Virus record (IMG/VR): IMGVR_UViG_3300020055_000005
Span: 32,001 to 96,000 of that record
DNA from: a virus
Length of the DNA: 64,000 bases
Strand: one strand, 5' to 3'
Under the pieces are notes generated by a model. The model had not been told where the DNA came from, searched no databases, and worked only from the letters and a program-made list of their open reading frames with translations. This document shows, in pieces, positions 30,728 through 39,875 of the stretch; position 1 is the first letter of the stretch, and each line of letters starts with the position of its first letter. A program made the position numbers and the translations under genes.

Positions 30728-31544
30728 CCCTAATTATACAATTGATGAAGAGAATCTTGCAAGATTAAAAGAAGACTTTGAAAGAGTAAGTGAATATTCT
30801 AAACCAAAACTTGTAAGATTGAATGATGCATTTCATCATTACAATCTAGTAGATGCTGATCATCCAACATTACACTTTGCAAAAGGTCTATTAGAACATG
30901 GACACAGAGAACCCATACAAAAAGAAACGTTCATGGAAAAAATGAATGATCAAAAAGACAATGTGTTATTTCATGCAGTTAAGTGTATGTTTTTAATACA
31001 TGAAGAATTAATGAGAGGATTCTACTCACTTCCACAAGCTTATATAAATCATGACACTGGTAAATGGGTTGTACATCCAGGCTCGTTTCGTGTCAAAACA
31101 CTTGTTCATACAGGTAAATGGGAACAGAATTTTATTGTATGGGATGATAAAGATATTCTAGAAGAAGACCCCATTGATTTTGACACTTGGTGTGGACACT
31201 TCTTACATAATGCAGAGTTTGAAAGAGACCTTCATGTTGCAGTAGAACCTCAAAATCATAGAGGTAAAAAAAGTCCTATTATAGAATTTCATGTTGGTGA
31301 AGATAGAGAAATGATGTACGCTCTTGCTCACAAAGTACACAATCGATTTAAAGTGAAACCTTATCTAAAAGGAGAGTGTCATCCTGACTTAGAAATATAT
31401 TTTAGTGATGACCCCACTTCGAAGATACACGTTACGACTGCAGAGGGGTATGTTCTACAGGAACATGACCTAGTACACTTCCTAAATTTACATCCAACTA
31501 TTAGAGATTTTAACACTGATAGAGTATTCATTTCATCGAATTAA
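30708..31544 (+). CDS. Hypothetical protein
   Basis: Long ORF coupled to kdsB; weak ParB/Srx-like VVHPG.FR motif. Confidence 0.6.
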   Translation: MIYNITNPNYTIDEENLARLKEDFERVSEYSKPKLVRLNDAFHHYNLVDADHPTLHFAKGLLEHGHREPIQKETFMEKMNDQKDNVLFHAVKCMFLIHEELMRGFYSLPQAYINHDTGKWVVHPGSFRVKTLVHTGKWEQNFIVWDDKDILEEDPIDFDTWCGHFLHNAEFERDLHVAVEPQNHRGKKSPIIEFHVGEDREMMYALAHKVHNRFKVKPYLKGECHPDLEIYFSDDPTSKIHVTTAEGYVLQEHDLVHFLNLHPTIRDFNTDRVFISSN

Positions 31545-31552
31545 TATAAATA
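31545..31552 (+). promoter_or_regulatory. Late promoter TATAAATA
   Basis: Exact consensus, 7 nt before gp2 ATG. Confidence 0.75.
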
Positions 31553-31559
31553 ATAGACG

Positions 31560-32141
31560 ATGGCAGGTCTATTTGAACAATTTGATGAACTTTTACCAGC
31601 AGAGATAGAAGAAAAATCTGCAGAAAGTATCGATTGGTTCAGAAAGAATCTCAGAACAATAAGATTAAGAGTTGATGAAGTGTCACGTTCACAAGGTGTC
31701 ACTGTTCAACCGTCTGAGATGAAGACAGGAGAGATGTTCTTATACTTGTATGATGCAAAACATAAAGAAACACTTCCATGGTACGACAAGTTTCCGTGCA
31801 TGATTCTCTTAGAGAAGAATGCAAAGGGTTTTATGGGACTTAATCTACACTACATTGCACCTAGATTTCGTGCAAAGTTGTTAGATGAATTATACAAGAT
31901 TAGTACAGACGAAGAACTAGAAGAACGAACTAGATTCAGAATAACATACGAACTATTGAAGAAGATTACAGATTTAAAGTATGGTATTCCTTGTGTTAAG
32001 AAATATTTGTGGGGTCACGTAAACAGTCGTATTCAAAGAGTAGACCCTGAACATTGGGACGTAGTGAGTATGTTACCACTACAAAGATTTAACGAAAATG
32101 CAAACACAGTGTATGCAAACAGTAAGAGGTATTTTAACTAA
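31560..32141 (+). CDS. gp2: DNA end protector
   Basis: Y.YDAKHK.TLPWYDKFP; GLNLHY; CVKKYL..HV.S. Confidence 0.93.
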   Translation: MAGLFEQFDELLPAEIEEKSAESIDWFRKNLRTIRLRVDEVSRSQGVTVQPSEMKTGEMFLYLYDAKHKETLPWYDKFPCMILLEKNAKGFMGLNLHYIAPRFRAKLLDELYKISTDEELEERTRFRITYELLKKITDLKYGIPCVKKYLWGHVNSRIQRVDPEHWDVVSMLPLQRFNENANTVYANSKRYFN

Positions 32142-32935
32142 TGGGATTATTCGACTTTAAAGACAATGCACTTGATCTAGATCAATTCAAATATCATTTC
32201 GATAATGGTGCAAGACCCAATAGATTTGAGGTTGACTTTCATGCACAAAAATTAGGATTAAGTTGGGAAGGTCTAAGAGTAGAATCATGTTCGTTGCCAG
32301 GCAGATCATTAGAAGCATCAGACTTCTCTGAGTACGGACAAATAAGAAAGATGCCATTTAATGTAAGTGATGGTGGAACCGTAGACTTTACATTCTTATG
32401 CGACTCATCTTTTGCAGATAGATTCTTACTAGAGGCATGGCAAAGTGCAATCTACAGTGGTAAAACAGGAAACTTAACTGAAGATGGAAGTGAAGCAGGA
32501 GAAAGTGGTGAAGATCAAGGCCCAACATTTGGGACTCAAGGAACAGCCGCAATCCCATACTTCTCTTACTATAATGATTACGTAGGAGAAGTCGATATCG
32601 TACAATTAAGATTTAATGGAGAGTCAGCATTAAGATATAGACTCTTTGAAGCATACCCTATCGCATACGCACCCATGGAATTGAGTGCTCAAACTAGAGA
32701 TGATGTTATGCGATTTACCGTCACAATGGCATATAGATTCTTCTCAACAGAATACGTTGCAGATAGAACTGCTGGCGGACTACTAAATAAAGGTAGAAAG
32801 ATTTTAGACATCATACTTGATGGTGCAAAACTAGGTAGTAGATTTAACTCTAATGCAGGTAAATTCTACGAAAGACTATCAAATCTTGATGAAAAATTAA
32901 GTAGGTTAGATAATCTATCACGTGGTGGATTATAA
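32141..32935 (+). CDS. gp54: Baseplate tail-tube initiator (gp19 family)
   Basis: ARPNRFEV; SLPGR; YYNDYVG.V.I.QL; LFEAYP; TVTMAYR. Confidence 0.8.
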   Translation: MGLFDFKDNALDLDQFKYHFDNGARPNRFEVDFHAQKLGLSWEGLRVESCSLPGRSLEASDFSEYGQIRKMPFNVSDGGTVDFTFLCDSSFADRFLLEAWQSAIYSGKTGNLTEDGSEAGESGEDQGPTFGTQGTAAIPYFSYYNDYVGEVDIVQLRFNGESALRYRLFEAYPIAYAPMELSAQTRDDVMRFTVTMAYRFFSTEYVADRTAGGLLNKGRKILDIILDGAKLGSRFNSNAGKFYERLSNLDEKLSRLDNLSRGGL

Positions 32936-32963
32936 TTACTTTTAATAATGAGGAAATAATATT

Positions 32964-33671
32964 ATGGCATTACCAATTCAGAATACGCCTAAACATATCT
33001 GCGTATTACCACACTCAGGAGAGGAAGTAGAATACAGACCTTTCTTGGTGAAGGAACAAAAGATACTTGTTTTAGCGAGAGAAAGTGAAAATAATGCAGA
33101 GATTTTCGGTGCAGTTAAAGAATTAATCGGAAACTGTACATTTGGAAAATTAAACGTTGATAAACTTGCATCTATCGACTTAGAATTTTTATTCTTGGCA
33201 ATACGTGCAAAGTCAGTTGGTGAAACTGCAGACGTGACAATTAGTTGTCAAGAAGAAGAGTGTGCAGGTTCAGGACAAGCAACAGTAGGACTAAACGATG
33301 TAGAAGTCGTTGGGTCAGTACCTGAAGATAATAAAATCATGTTAAATGATACTACAGGTGTGACACTTAAAATGCCTACGGTTGCAGATATGAATAAGTA
33401 TTCAGAAGTCCAAGACCAAGCTGACCAAGGACTTGCAATTTTAAAAACATGTCTTGACACAATTTTTGACCAAGAAAATGTTTATGAAGTTGCAGACACT
33501 GACCCTGAAGAGTTAGATGAGTTTATCGAAAGTTTAACACTGGGTCAAGTCGAAACAATCGGAAGATGGTTTGAAGACTTACCTAGATTACAGAAAGATG
33601 TACACTACCAGTGTGGTTTGTGTAATAAAGAACAGAGTAGGACACTCGTAGGACTACAAAGTTTTTTTTAA
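32964..33671 (+). CDS. gp26: Baseplate hub assembly protein
   Basis: MALP; YRPFLVKEQKIL; D.EFLFL.IRAKSVGE; ends GLQSFF. Confidence 0.93.
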   Translation: MALPIQNTPKHICVLPHSGEEVEYRPFLVKEQKILVLARESENNAEIFGAVKELIGNCTFGKLNVDKLASIDLEFLFLAIRAKSVGETADVTISCQEEECAGSGQATVGLNDVEVVGSVPEDNKIMLNDTTGVTLKMPTVADMNKYSEVQDQADQGLAILKTCLDTIFDQENVYEVADTDPEELDEFIESLTLGQVETIGRWFEDLPRLQKDVHYQCGLCNKEQSRTLVGLQSFF

Positions 33672-33856
33672 TAGCTCTTTCTCATGAAACTTTGGTCAAT
33701 TATTATGAGACCAATTTTCAGATGATGCAACATCATAAGTACAGTCTTACAGAGTTGGACAATATGATGCCATGGGAAAGAGAGGTCTACATTAGACTCT
33801 TGATGAACTATCTTGAAGAAGAGAAGTTGAGACAAGAGAATTCTCGTAGAAGGTAA
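33671..33856 (+). CDS. gp51: Baseplate hub assembly catalyst, -1 frame relative to gp26 (absent from ORF track)
   Basis: NYYETNFQMMQHHKYSLTELDNMMPWEREVYIRLL; frame open from the T8 run at the end of gp26; alternative starts TTG 33692 or ATG 33722. Confidence 0.85.
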   Translation: MALSHETLVNYYETNFQMMQHHKYSLTELDNMMPWEREVYIRLLMNYLEEEKLRQENSRRR

Positions 33857-33905
33857 ATTTTTATTATGTGTACGTGAGAAGTTTAATTAAAATTGAGGAC
33901 ACATA

Positions 33906-34298
33906 ATGGCAAAAGAAACAATAGAAGTTGGACGAAATGAAGTCGACATTGATCTAGACAAGTACACTAATCTAGTGTTAAAACTGGATGAGGCACAAGA
34001 CAAGATCAAAGAGATGGAAAGAATGTCCAAAGAACTAAAGATCGCAGCCGCTGGTGCGAAACCACAAGAAAAGTTTACTTTTAGTGCATTGTTTATGGAT
34101 GATAACACTATCAATGAAAAATCAATCATTGGTTTTGCATCTTTCTTAATGATGCTTGCATTTGGTATCGTAGACCTAGTGACTGGATTTTGGGGTCAGG
34201 ACATTACTATATCTGACACTATCTACACTTCATTTGTAGTAGTAACCCTAGGTTCATTTGGTATTGCAGAAGCTGGTAAAGCATTCGGAAAACAGTAG
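33906..34298 (+). CDS. Membrane protein (coiled coil plus 2 TM; holin-like topology)
   Basis: Two hydrophobic segments and a basic C-terminus. Confidence 0.55.
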   Translation: MAKETIEVGRNEVDIDLDKYTNLVLKLDEAQDKIKEMERMSKELKIAAAGAKPQEKFTFSALFMDDNTINEKSIIGFASFLMMLAFGIVDLVTGFWGQDITISDTIYTSFVVVTLGSFGIAEAGKAFGKQ

Positions 34299-34308
34299 GA
34301 ACAAATAA

Positions 34309-36405
34309 ATGGCAGACGACAAACGACTAGAAGATTTAGTAATAGACCCTATTAAATCCTTAAAAAGAGTAGTTGGGGATTTTGCAGGCACTTTCAAAAG
34401 TGCAACTGACCCAGTCGTCATGGCACAAAAAAGATTAACTGGATTTCAAGATCAACTTGCAAGTCTAAGTAATCAATACAAGTCACAACAAGCAGAGAAT
34501 GCACAAGCGCATCAAGAGATGTTAGCAAGTATGAATCTCTCTACCCAAGAACGTGCAGATGTAGAACGGAAGTATCAAGAATCAGTTCAAGAAGCAAGAG
34601 AATTGCAAGATAAGAATGTAAAATATTTGGAAGACATTATTAAGTCTGAAGAAGAGATTGTTAATAACTTTAAAGAACTTGCAACAGAATCAGGTGGTCT
34701 TAGTCGTTTATCTGCAGGTGCAAATAAACTTAATGATGGTATCAAAGGATTATCTTTTGGTTTAGTCGACCTTGGTTCTAATACAGGTAAACTCACTGGA
34801 TTCTTCCAAGGTTTACAAGATGCAGCTTCAGGTTTAACTACAATCGTTTTTGGTGCAGTTGAAGCATTAACTGCACTAGTCGGTCTTGGAATATTAAAAG
34901 AAGACACTGTTGATAAAATCAAAGATGGTATCTCAGGATTCTTCAGTAACTTTAGTAATATGGGAGAAGGATTCCGTGAAAAAGGACAGGGATTCTTAGA
35001 TGGTCTTTTCGGTAAAAAGAAAATTGATAAAGGTGGAAGAGTTAGAGATAAAAAAGGTTTTGCAAAAGGTGACAAAGAAGGTGTTGGTGCAGGTGCAAGT
35101 GTATTTACTGCGTTAACAAATCCAATGGAAGGGTTTAAGAAATCCTTCTTGGGTATATTTGGTAAAAAAGGTATCTTTTCAAAAATATTTACAACACTTA
35201 AAGCTGCTGGTGCCGCATTCCTAGTCGGTGCAAAACGTTTACTTATGGCTGCACTTACATTCGCAGCTTCGACACTCATTACACTTGGTGGTATGTTACT
35301 CGCTGCTACACCATTCATCCTAATCGGTATCGCAGCCGCAGCTCTTGTTGTACTCGCATATCAAGTATTAAAGAAATTTGATGAACAGTTCCCTTGGTTC
35401 TTTGATACACTTGCATGGTTCTTTGGTAAGATATACGAGTTCGGTAAAGTTATTGTAGGTAGTATATGGGGAGGACTTGAGTCAACCTTTAACTTTATTA
35501 CTTCACTCTTTGAGTTTGATGAGGATACTAATTTATTCAAACGATTGATAGACATTGTAATGTTACCTCTCAACATGGCGATTAATTTCATATTAGGAAT
35601 CTTTGGATGGGATGACCCTGATGAACCATTTACATTTACTGGGTTTCTATGGAAAATAGTAACAGGTGCATGGGATTGGATTAAGAGTATCTTTGGATTT
35701 GCAAAAGAAGGAATGGAAGAGAGTGGTGGTCTCATGTCATGGTTAGGTGGTATCGCTGGACGTGTATGGGATTGGGTTAAGAGTAAGTTTGGATTCGCAA
35801 GAGAAAAGATGATTGAGAATTCAGAAGGATTTATGTCATGGTTAAGTGGTATTGGTTCACGTGCATGGGATTGGATTAAGAGTAAGTTCGGTTTTGATAA
35901 AGAGAAGATGCAGGCAAATGCCGAGAAAATGAATGAAATGGTTCAGGCTGCATGGAACAAAGTTCAAGAGTGGTGGGGAAGTATGACCGACAAACTCAAA
36001 AATGCATGGAGTGACACTAAAGAATGGTTCGGTGACAAGTGGGATGCTGCAAAAGAATGGGGTTCAGACTTATTAGATGGAAAAGAAAAAGGTGGCCCAG
36101 TATCTGCAAACACACCTTACATGGTTGGTGAAGCAGGCCCTGAAGTGTTTCAACCGTCTACAGGTGGACGAATTATTCCAAACGATTCATTAGGATTTAC
36201 ATCTGCATCGAATGTTGCATCAGCATTAGCAGATATGATAAGTGTGAGAGATTCTAATGCAAGTGGTGGTGGGACTAATGCAGTTTCCCAAGTGTTGAGT
36301 ATGGATAATACAAGTAATCAATCTTATAATTTTACATCAGGAAATAAGACTACAAGTAATGACGATGCTATACTACAAAAAACTGCAATGATTCAGTATA
36401 GTTAA
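34309..36405 (+). CDS. Tape-measure/gp29-like protein
   Basis: Coiled coil, TM block, AWDWIKS.FGF and periodic Trp repeats, GGPV...YMVGE.GPE.F.P motif; follows gp26/gp51. Confidence 0.75.
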   Translation: MADDKRLEDLVIDPIKSLKRVVGDFAGTFKSATDPVVMAQKRLTGFQDQLASLSNQYKSQQAENAQAHQEMLASMNLSTQERADVERKYQESVQEARELQDKNVKYLEDIIKSEEEIVNNFKELATESGGLSRLSAGANKLNDGIKGLSFGLVDLGSNTGKLTGFFQGLQDAASGLTTIVFGAVEALTALVGLGILKEDTVDKIKDGISGFFSNFSNMGEGFREKGQGFLDGLFGKKKIDKGGRVRDKKGFAKGDKEGVGAGASVFTALTNPMEGFKKSFLGIFGKKGIFSKIFTTLKAAGAAFLVGAKRLLMAALTFAASTLITLGGMLLAATPFILIGIAAAALVVLAYQVLKKFDEQFPWFFDTLAWFFGKIYEFGKVIVGSIWGGLESTFNFITSLFEFDEDTNLFKRLIDIVMLPLNMAINFILGIFGWDDPDEPFTFTGFLWKIVTGAWDWIKSIFGFAKEGMEESGGLMSWLGGIAGRVWDWVKSKFGFAREKMIENSEGFMSWLSGIGSRAWDWIKSKFGFDKEKMQANAEKMNEMVQAAWNKVQEWWGSMTDKLKNAWSDTKEWFGDKWDAAKEWGSDLLDGKEKGGPVSANTPYMVGEAGPEVFQPSTGGRIIPNDSLGFTSASNVASALADMISVRDSNASGGGTNAVSQVLSMDNTSNQSYNFTSGNKTTSNDDAILQKTAMIQYS

Positions 36406-36629
36406 TTACCATCCCAATTCAAATCAGTTAATTCACGTTGTTTATCTTTAAAGTCCTTGCGACTATATTTGGACTTGTCTCTGTGAACTTGAGTTTTACC
36501 ATGCTCAGGGGTTTCCTTTCTAACTTTAACATCAACCTTTTTGCCAAAGATTTTATCAAAGTTATCCCTATAAGCTTCTTCGTTTGAATTCCGTCTCTTA
36601 GAACCTTTACCGCCGTGCCAGTTAGACAT
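36402..36629 (-). CDS. Small basic hypothetical protein
   Basis: GGKGSKRR...YRDNFDKIF motif common in aquatic phages. Confidence 0.65.
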   Translation of the reverse strand: MSNWHGGKGSKRRNSNEEAYRDNFDKIFGKKVDVKVRKETPEHGKTQVHRDKSKYSRKDFKDKQRELTDLNWDGN

Positions 36630-36631
36630 GA

Positions 36632-36865
36632 TTAAATCCTTCTGTAACCTTTCTGTTCTGCTCTCTTAGCGTCTAGTTTCTTTCTACGTTTGATTTGTTG
36701 ATTTCTTTCGTTACGTTTTTCGTTAGGTTTAATATAATATTCCCTAGAACGAACTTCCTGTACTATTCCTGCACGATCACAGGCTTTCTTGAATCTACGT
36801 AACATCCTGTCGAAGGGCTCAACATTTTTTGATTTCGGATGTTTTTTTGGACTTACACTTGGCAT
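36632..36865 (-). CDS. rpsU: Ribosomal protein bS21
   Basis: [28 protein letters not shown]. Confidence 0.93.
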   Translation of the reverse strand: MPSVSPKKHPKSKNVEPFDRMLRRFKKACDRAGIVQEVRSREYYIKPNEKRNERNQQIKRRKKLDAKRAEQKGYRRI

Positions 36866-36871
36866 AGTTAT

Positions 36872-36901
36872 ATTATATAAAAAAAGTTCCTACTTTGTCT
36901 A
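36872..36901 (-). promoter_or_regulatory. Sigma70-type promoter for bS21
   Basis: TAGACA-N18-TATAAT, 6 nt before ATG. Confidence 0.6.
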
Positions 36902-36911
36902 GGTGGTTTTT

Positions 36912-37077
36912 AAAAAAAGTGTGTATTCGCCCCTCGCCTTACAGCAACCCGCTATACACCGATGAATCCGCTGTTACACCATTCACCTTTCCCTTACTGA
37001 GTACCCCCATTTTTATCCACGGTCTCAGTGAGTATGGAAGACTATCACGGACACTCATAATATTATCTTCCATCCCC
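36912..37077 (-). ncRNA. Putative structured RNA (gp32 3' region) ending in hairpin plus U7
   Basis: Four stems: ATGGAAGA/TCTTCCAT, ACTGAG/CTCAGT, GGTGAAT/ATTCATC, GTGTAT/ATACAC; possible pseudoknot. Confidence 0.55.
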
Positions 37078-37088
37078 TAAGTCAAGAC

Positions 37089-38000
37089 TTACGATTCAGT
37101 CGCAAGTCTCTTGAAGTAATCCATCGCATCATCACCTTCTTCGACACTATTACTTGAAGTTGAATCTGCTGATGAGATTACAGGTTCATCTGCAGTACCT
37201 TCTGTGTTAACATTAGACCAAGGCACTTCGTCAAGGTCTTCTGCAACTGATTCTGCAGTTGATGTTGTGGTTACTCCACCTGAGAGACCTAACACTCTGT
37301 CAAGTTTCTCTTTGAGTTCTTCATAAGATTTGAACTCGTTAGGTGCAATAATCTCAGACAATGAATTAACTGAAGTATATATGTCGTTCAGTTGATTTTC
37401 ATCATCAAAAAGTGGTGCAGGTGTCTCGAACTCTGACTTATCATAGTTCCAGTAACCATCTACTTTTCTGATTTTGATTTTGAAGTTTGCACCTTCTCCT
37501 CTCAAGTCAAAAGGATTGATTGCAGCCTCGTCCTCAAATGCAGGACTGATTGCCTCTTTCAACTGTTCAAAGATTTTTTTCCCATAACGATAAAGGAAGA
37601 CTTTACCTTCGTTGTCAGGATTTTTAGGGTCTGAAACAACATAGATGTTAGACACATAGTGTAAACGTCTTTTCTGTTTACGTGCCTGTTCTTTGTTTGC
37701 TTCGATTCCAGTGTTCCACAACTGAGTGTTGTATTCACTGACAGGGTCTTGTTTACCAAGAGTCGTTAAAGACTTCTCGATATACCATCCACCTGGCCCT
37801 TGAAATCCGTGATCCCAGTATGAGACCCAAGGCATTTCTTCTCCTTCAGGGGTAGGTAAGAAACGAATGATTGCGAAACCATTACCTGATTTATCAAGTT
37901 CAGGTTTCCAAAATCTATCGTCGGAATAGGACTTTTTTTCTCCTCCTGTTTGGGGAGTAGCGGATTCCATAGCCGCTCTGAGTTTTTCTAAAGATGACAT
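37089..38000 (-). CDS. gp32: Single-stranded DNA-binding protein
   Basis: DDRFWKP..DKSGNG.A.IRFLP; HGFQGPGGWYIE; YGKKIF; NYDKSEF; acidic tail. Confidence 0.97.
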   Translation of the reverse strand: MSSLEKLRAAMESATPQTGGEKKSYSDDRFWKPELDKSGNGFAIIRFLPTPEGEEMPWVSYWDHGFQGPGGWYIEKSLTTLGKQDPVSEYNTQLWNTGIEANKEQARKQKRRLHYVSNIYVVSDPKNPDNEGKVFLYRYGKKIFEQLKEAISPAFEDEAAINPFDLRGEGANFKIKIRKVDGYWNYDKSEFETPAPLFDDENQLNDIYTSVNSLSEIIAPNEFKSYEELKEKLDRVLGLSGGVTTTSTAESVAEDLDEVPWSNVNTEGTADEPVISSADSTSSNSVEEGDDAMDYFKRLATES

Positions 38001-38053
38001 TGTATTCTCCTATTGTATTAGCATTGTATTGCATCTTATCTATTATATTAAGA

Positions 38054-38764
38054 CTAAAGATCAAACCCTTGACCTAAAGTCCACGTATCACTACTTTCAT
38101 AGTAATTAAGTTTATTATACTCTACCAGTTCTAACTTGTCTAGGGAGTTTTTGAAATAAACCTTAGATTCGTTATACTCCTTTAAGAGTGCAATAAACTG
38201 AGAACGTTGTGCATCAAACACTCTATCCTCTAGTGTATATTTAGTCTGATAAAATTCCTGACCTTCATATACATTCGACACATCACCATATTGTAATGCA
38301 TCAAAACCTAACAGTGTAATCTCTTCTCTTCCCTGTTCCATTGCATATCCTAATGCACTCATTCCAGTAAAAAGGTTCTTGAGATTTAAAAAATTATATA
38401 TAACTATGTTATCCTGATAACTGCTGCTATAGCCCAATAAATCAGTTTCGTATTCATTCCCCATAACCACAAATCTGTCGTGTTCGATTTCGTCGACGTG
38501 GTCGTTTATTTTCTGTTGTCCTACACCCAGTCCTAACTTCAATCCATGGAAGTATTCAATCTCTAATGGTTCCCATCCTCCGACTGCGACTTTGTGTTCT
38601 TTATAGTATTGTTTATTAAATATGTCTACCTGTTGAGGAATGTCCATACAGAACAATATATCAGGTATCGAATCTTTAAAGATTTGATTACAACCCCACC
38701 ATTCTTCCAGTGAGTCTAAATCATATTTTAATCTACTAGGGCCATTACCAACTATTGTGAGCAT
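38054..38764 (-). CDS. Glycosyltransferase/DUF115-like protein
   Basis: IVGNGPSR...GCN...D; TG..A...A; ITLLGFD. Confidence 0.55.
   Translation of the reverse strand: MLTIVGNGPSRLKYDLDSLEEWWGCNQIFKDSIPDILFCMDIPQQVDIFNKQYYKEHKVAVGGWEPLEIEYFHGLKLGLGVGQQKINDHVDEIEHDRFVVMGNEYETDLLGYSSSYQDNIVIYNFLNLKNLFTGMSALGYAMEQGREEITLLGFDALQYGDVSNVYEGQEFYQTKYTLEDRVFDAQRSQFIALLKEYNESKVYFKNSLDKLELVEYNKLNYYESSDTWTLGQGFDL
38114..38142 (-). promoter_or_regulatory. Sigma70-type promoter probably driving gp32
   Basis: TAGACA-N17-TATAAT inside the upstream gene. Confidence 0.5.
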
Positions 38765-39345
38765 AATTCAATTAGTTTCCTCTTGTACTTATCGTGATCG
38801 AATTGTACAAATGATCTATACTTATTAATCTTAATTGATATTTCAGGATAGACAACGGTCTCTGATATAAGTCTGTCCCAGTCTTTTGTGAATTCAATAA
38901 TCTCATCCATAATACAAAGTGTCTCTAAACTTATTTCCTTTCGCATGTATGCTTTAAGTAAACGAGGATGTTGACCGTTTGTAACTTTCAGTAGTGTATC
39001 TATTTTAAACTTTCTCAATTGATCTGACACTTCAGTTTCAAATAGGTAGAAGAGTTTTTGATTTCTTTTCTTCCAGTCCTTATACACTCTATCTGCATCT
39101 TCATTTAGAAGATCACCTGCCCATTGATCTTTAATGGACAAGTTTGCAATATAAAAATCTTGCAGTTCGTTCTTATACGTTTTAAACAATTTACCAAAGT
39201 GGTATTTGTCTTTACGTTTGAGAAAGGATTTGATGTCTGCTTTTACTTTACCGTTGTACTTAATAAAGTTATAATCCTTGGAAGTGAAGTGTAACTTAAT
39301 CCCAAGGTATAACGTATATGCATCATATCCTTCTCGACTCGTCAT
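38752..39345 (-). CDS. gp59: Helicase loader
   Basis: Y..YLGIKLHFT..DY...KYNGK; F.KRKDKY.F; ISLETL. Confidence 0.92.
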   Translation of the reverse strand: MTSREGYDAYTLYLGIKLHFTSKDYNFIKYNGKVKADIKSFLKRKDKYHFGKLFKTYKNELQDFYIANLSIKDQWAGDLLNEDADRVYKDWKKRNQKLFYLFETEVSDQLRKFKIDTLLKVTNGQHPRLLKAYMRKEISLETLCIMDEIIEFTKDWDRLISETVVYPEISIKINKYRSFVQFDHDKYKRKLIELCSQ

Positions 39346-39629
39346 TACGTAACGATCTTAGAATCTGCCTTGACGATTGAACTAGTTGCAGTTGCATGTG
39401 CATCTGTCACTTTATCATTTGATTTTGCAATAAACACATACGACCCAAAAGTCATACTGTCAGGATTCTCTTCTCCTGTTACTGCAACACCACGTGCAAA
39501 TCCCATACCACCATCTGCAGCCTGAACTACCATTCGTGGTTTATTAAGTGTCAGGGGTTCAAGTGTCTCAAGTACACCTACGTACTCTCCACTTGTTGCG
39601 ACGACACTTACTACATCACCTTTTTCCAT
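39345..39629 (-). CDS. Hypothetical protein (possible Sm-like fold)
   Basis: GDVVS...SGEYVG...L..PR. Confidence 0.6.
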   Translation of the reverse strand: MEKGDVVSVVATSGEYVGVLETLEPLTLNKPRMVVQAADGGMGFARGVAVTGEENPDSMTFGSYVFIAKSNDKVTDAHATATSSIVKADSKIVT

Positions 39630-39638
39630 AATATACTC

Positions 39639-39875
39639 CTAATTATTAAAGAATGAAGTAATGGTTCCTGTTGAACCATTACCTCTGTTAATTAATTTTA
39701 AACCTTGTGCTTCTGCTTCCAACTTCTCTTTGAGGGGGTCAGATAGTAATCTCTTAGTACCCTCAGGTTCGATGTTATTCATTTCACATACTTTAACGAT
39801 TGCATCCATAACACCTGCTTTACCACCTCTAATAAGTTTTTCCACTTGTTCAGTAAATTCCTTTTTACTTATCAT
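39639..39875 (-). CDS. gp33: Late transcription co-activator
   Basis: MDAIV.VCE.NNIE.E...RLLS..LKEKLEAEA..L.LI. Confidence 0.9.
   Translation of the reverse strand: MISKKEFTEQVEKLIRGGKAGVMDAIVKVCEMNNIEPEGTKRLLSDPLKEKLEAEAQGLKLINRGNGSTGTITSFFNN

Noticed and set aside
36919-36990. HDV/theta, twister or hammerhead ribozyme (GGCGAAU near the 3' end)
   Set aside because: Only 7 nt where P3/L3 needs about 13; no AAGCCC or CUGANGA/GAAA core found
36895-37080. 61-aa plus-strand ORF
   Set aside because: Opposite to local transcription, TTG start with no convincing SD; better explained by the RNA structure
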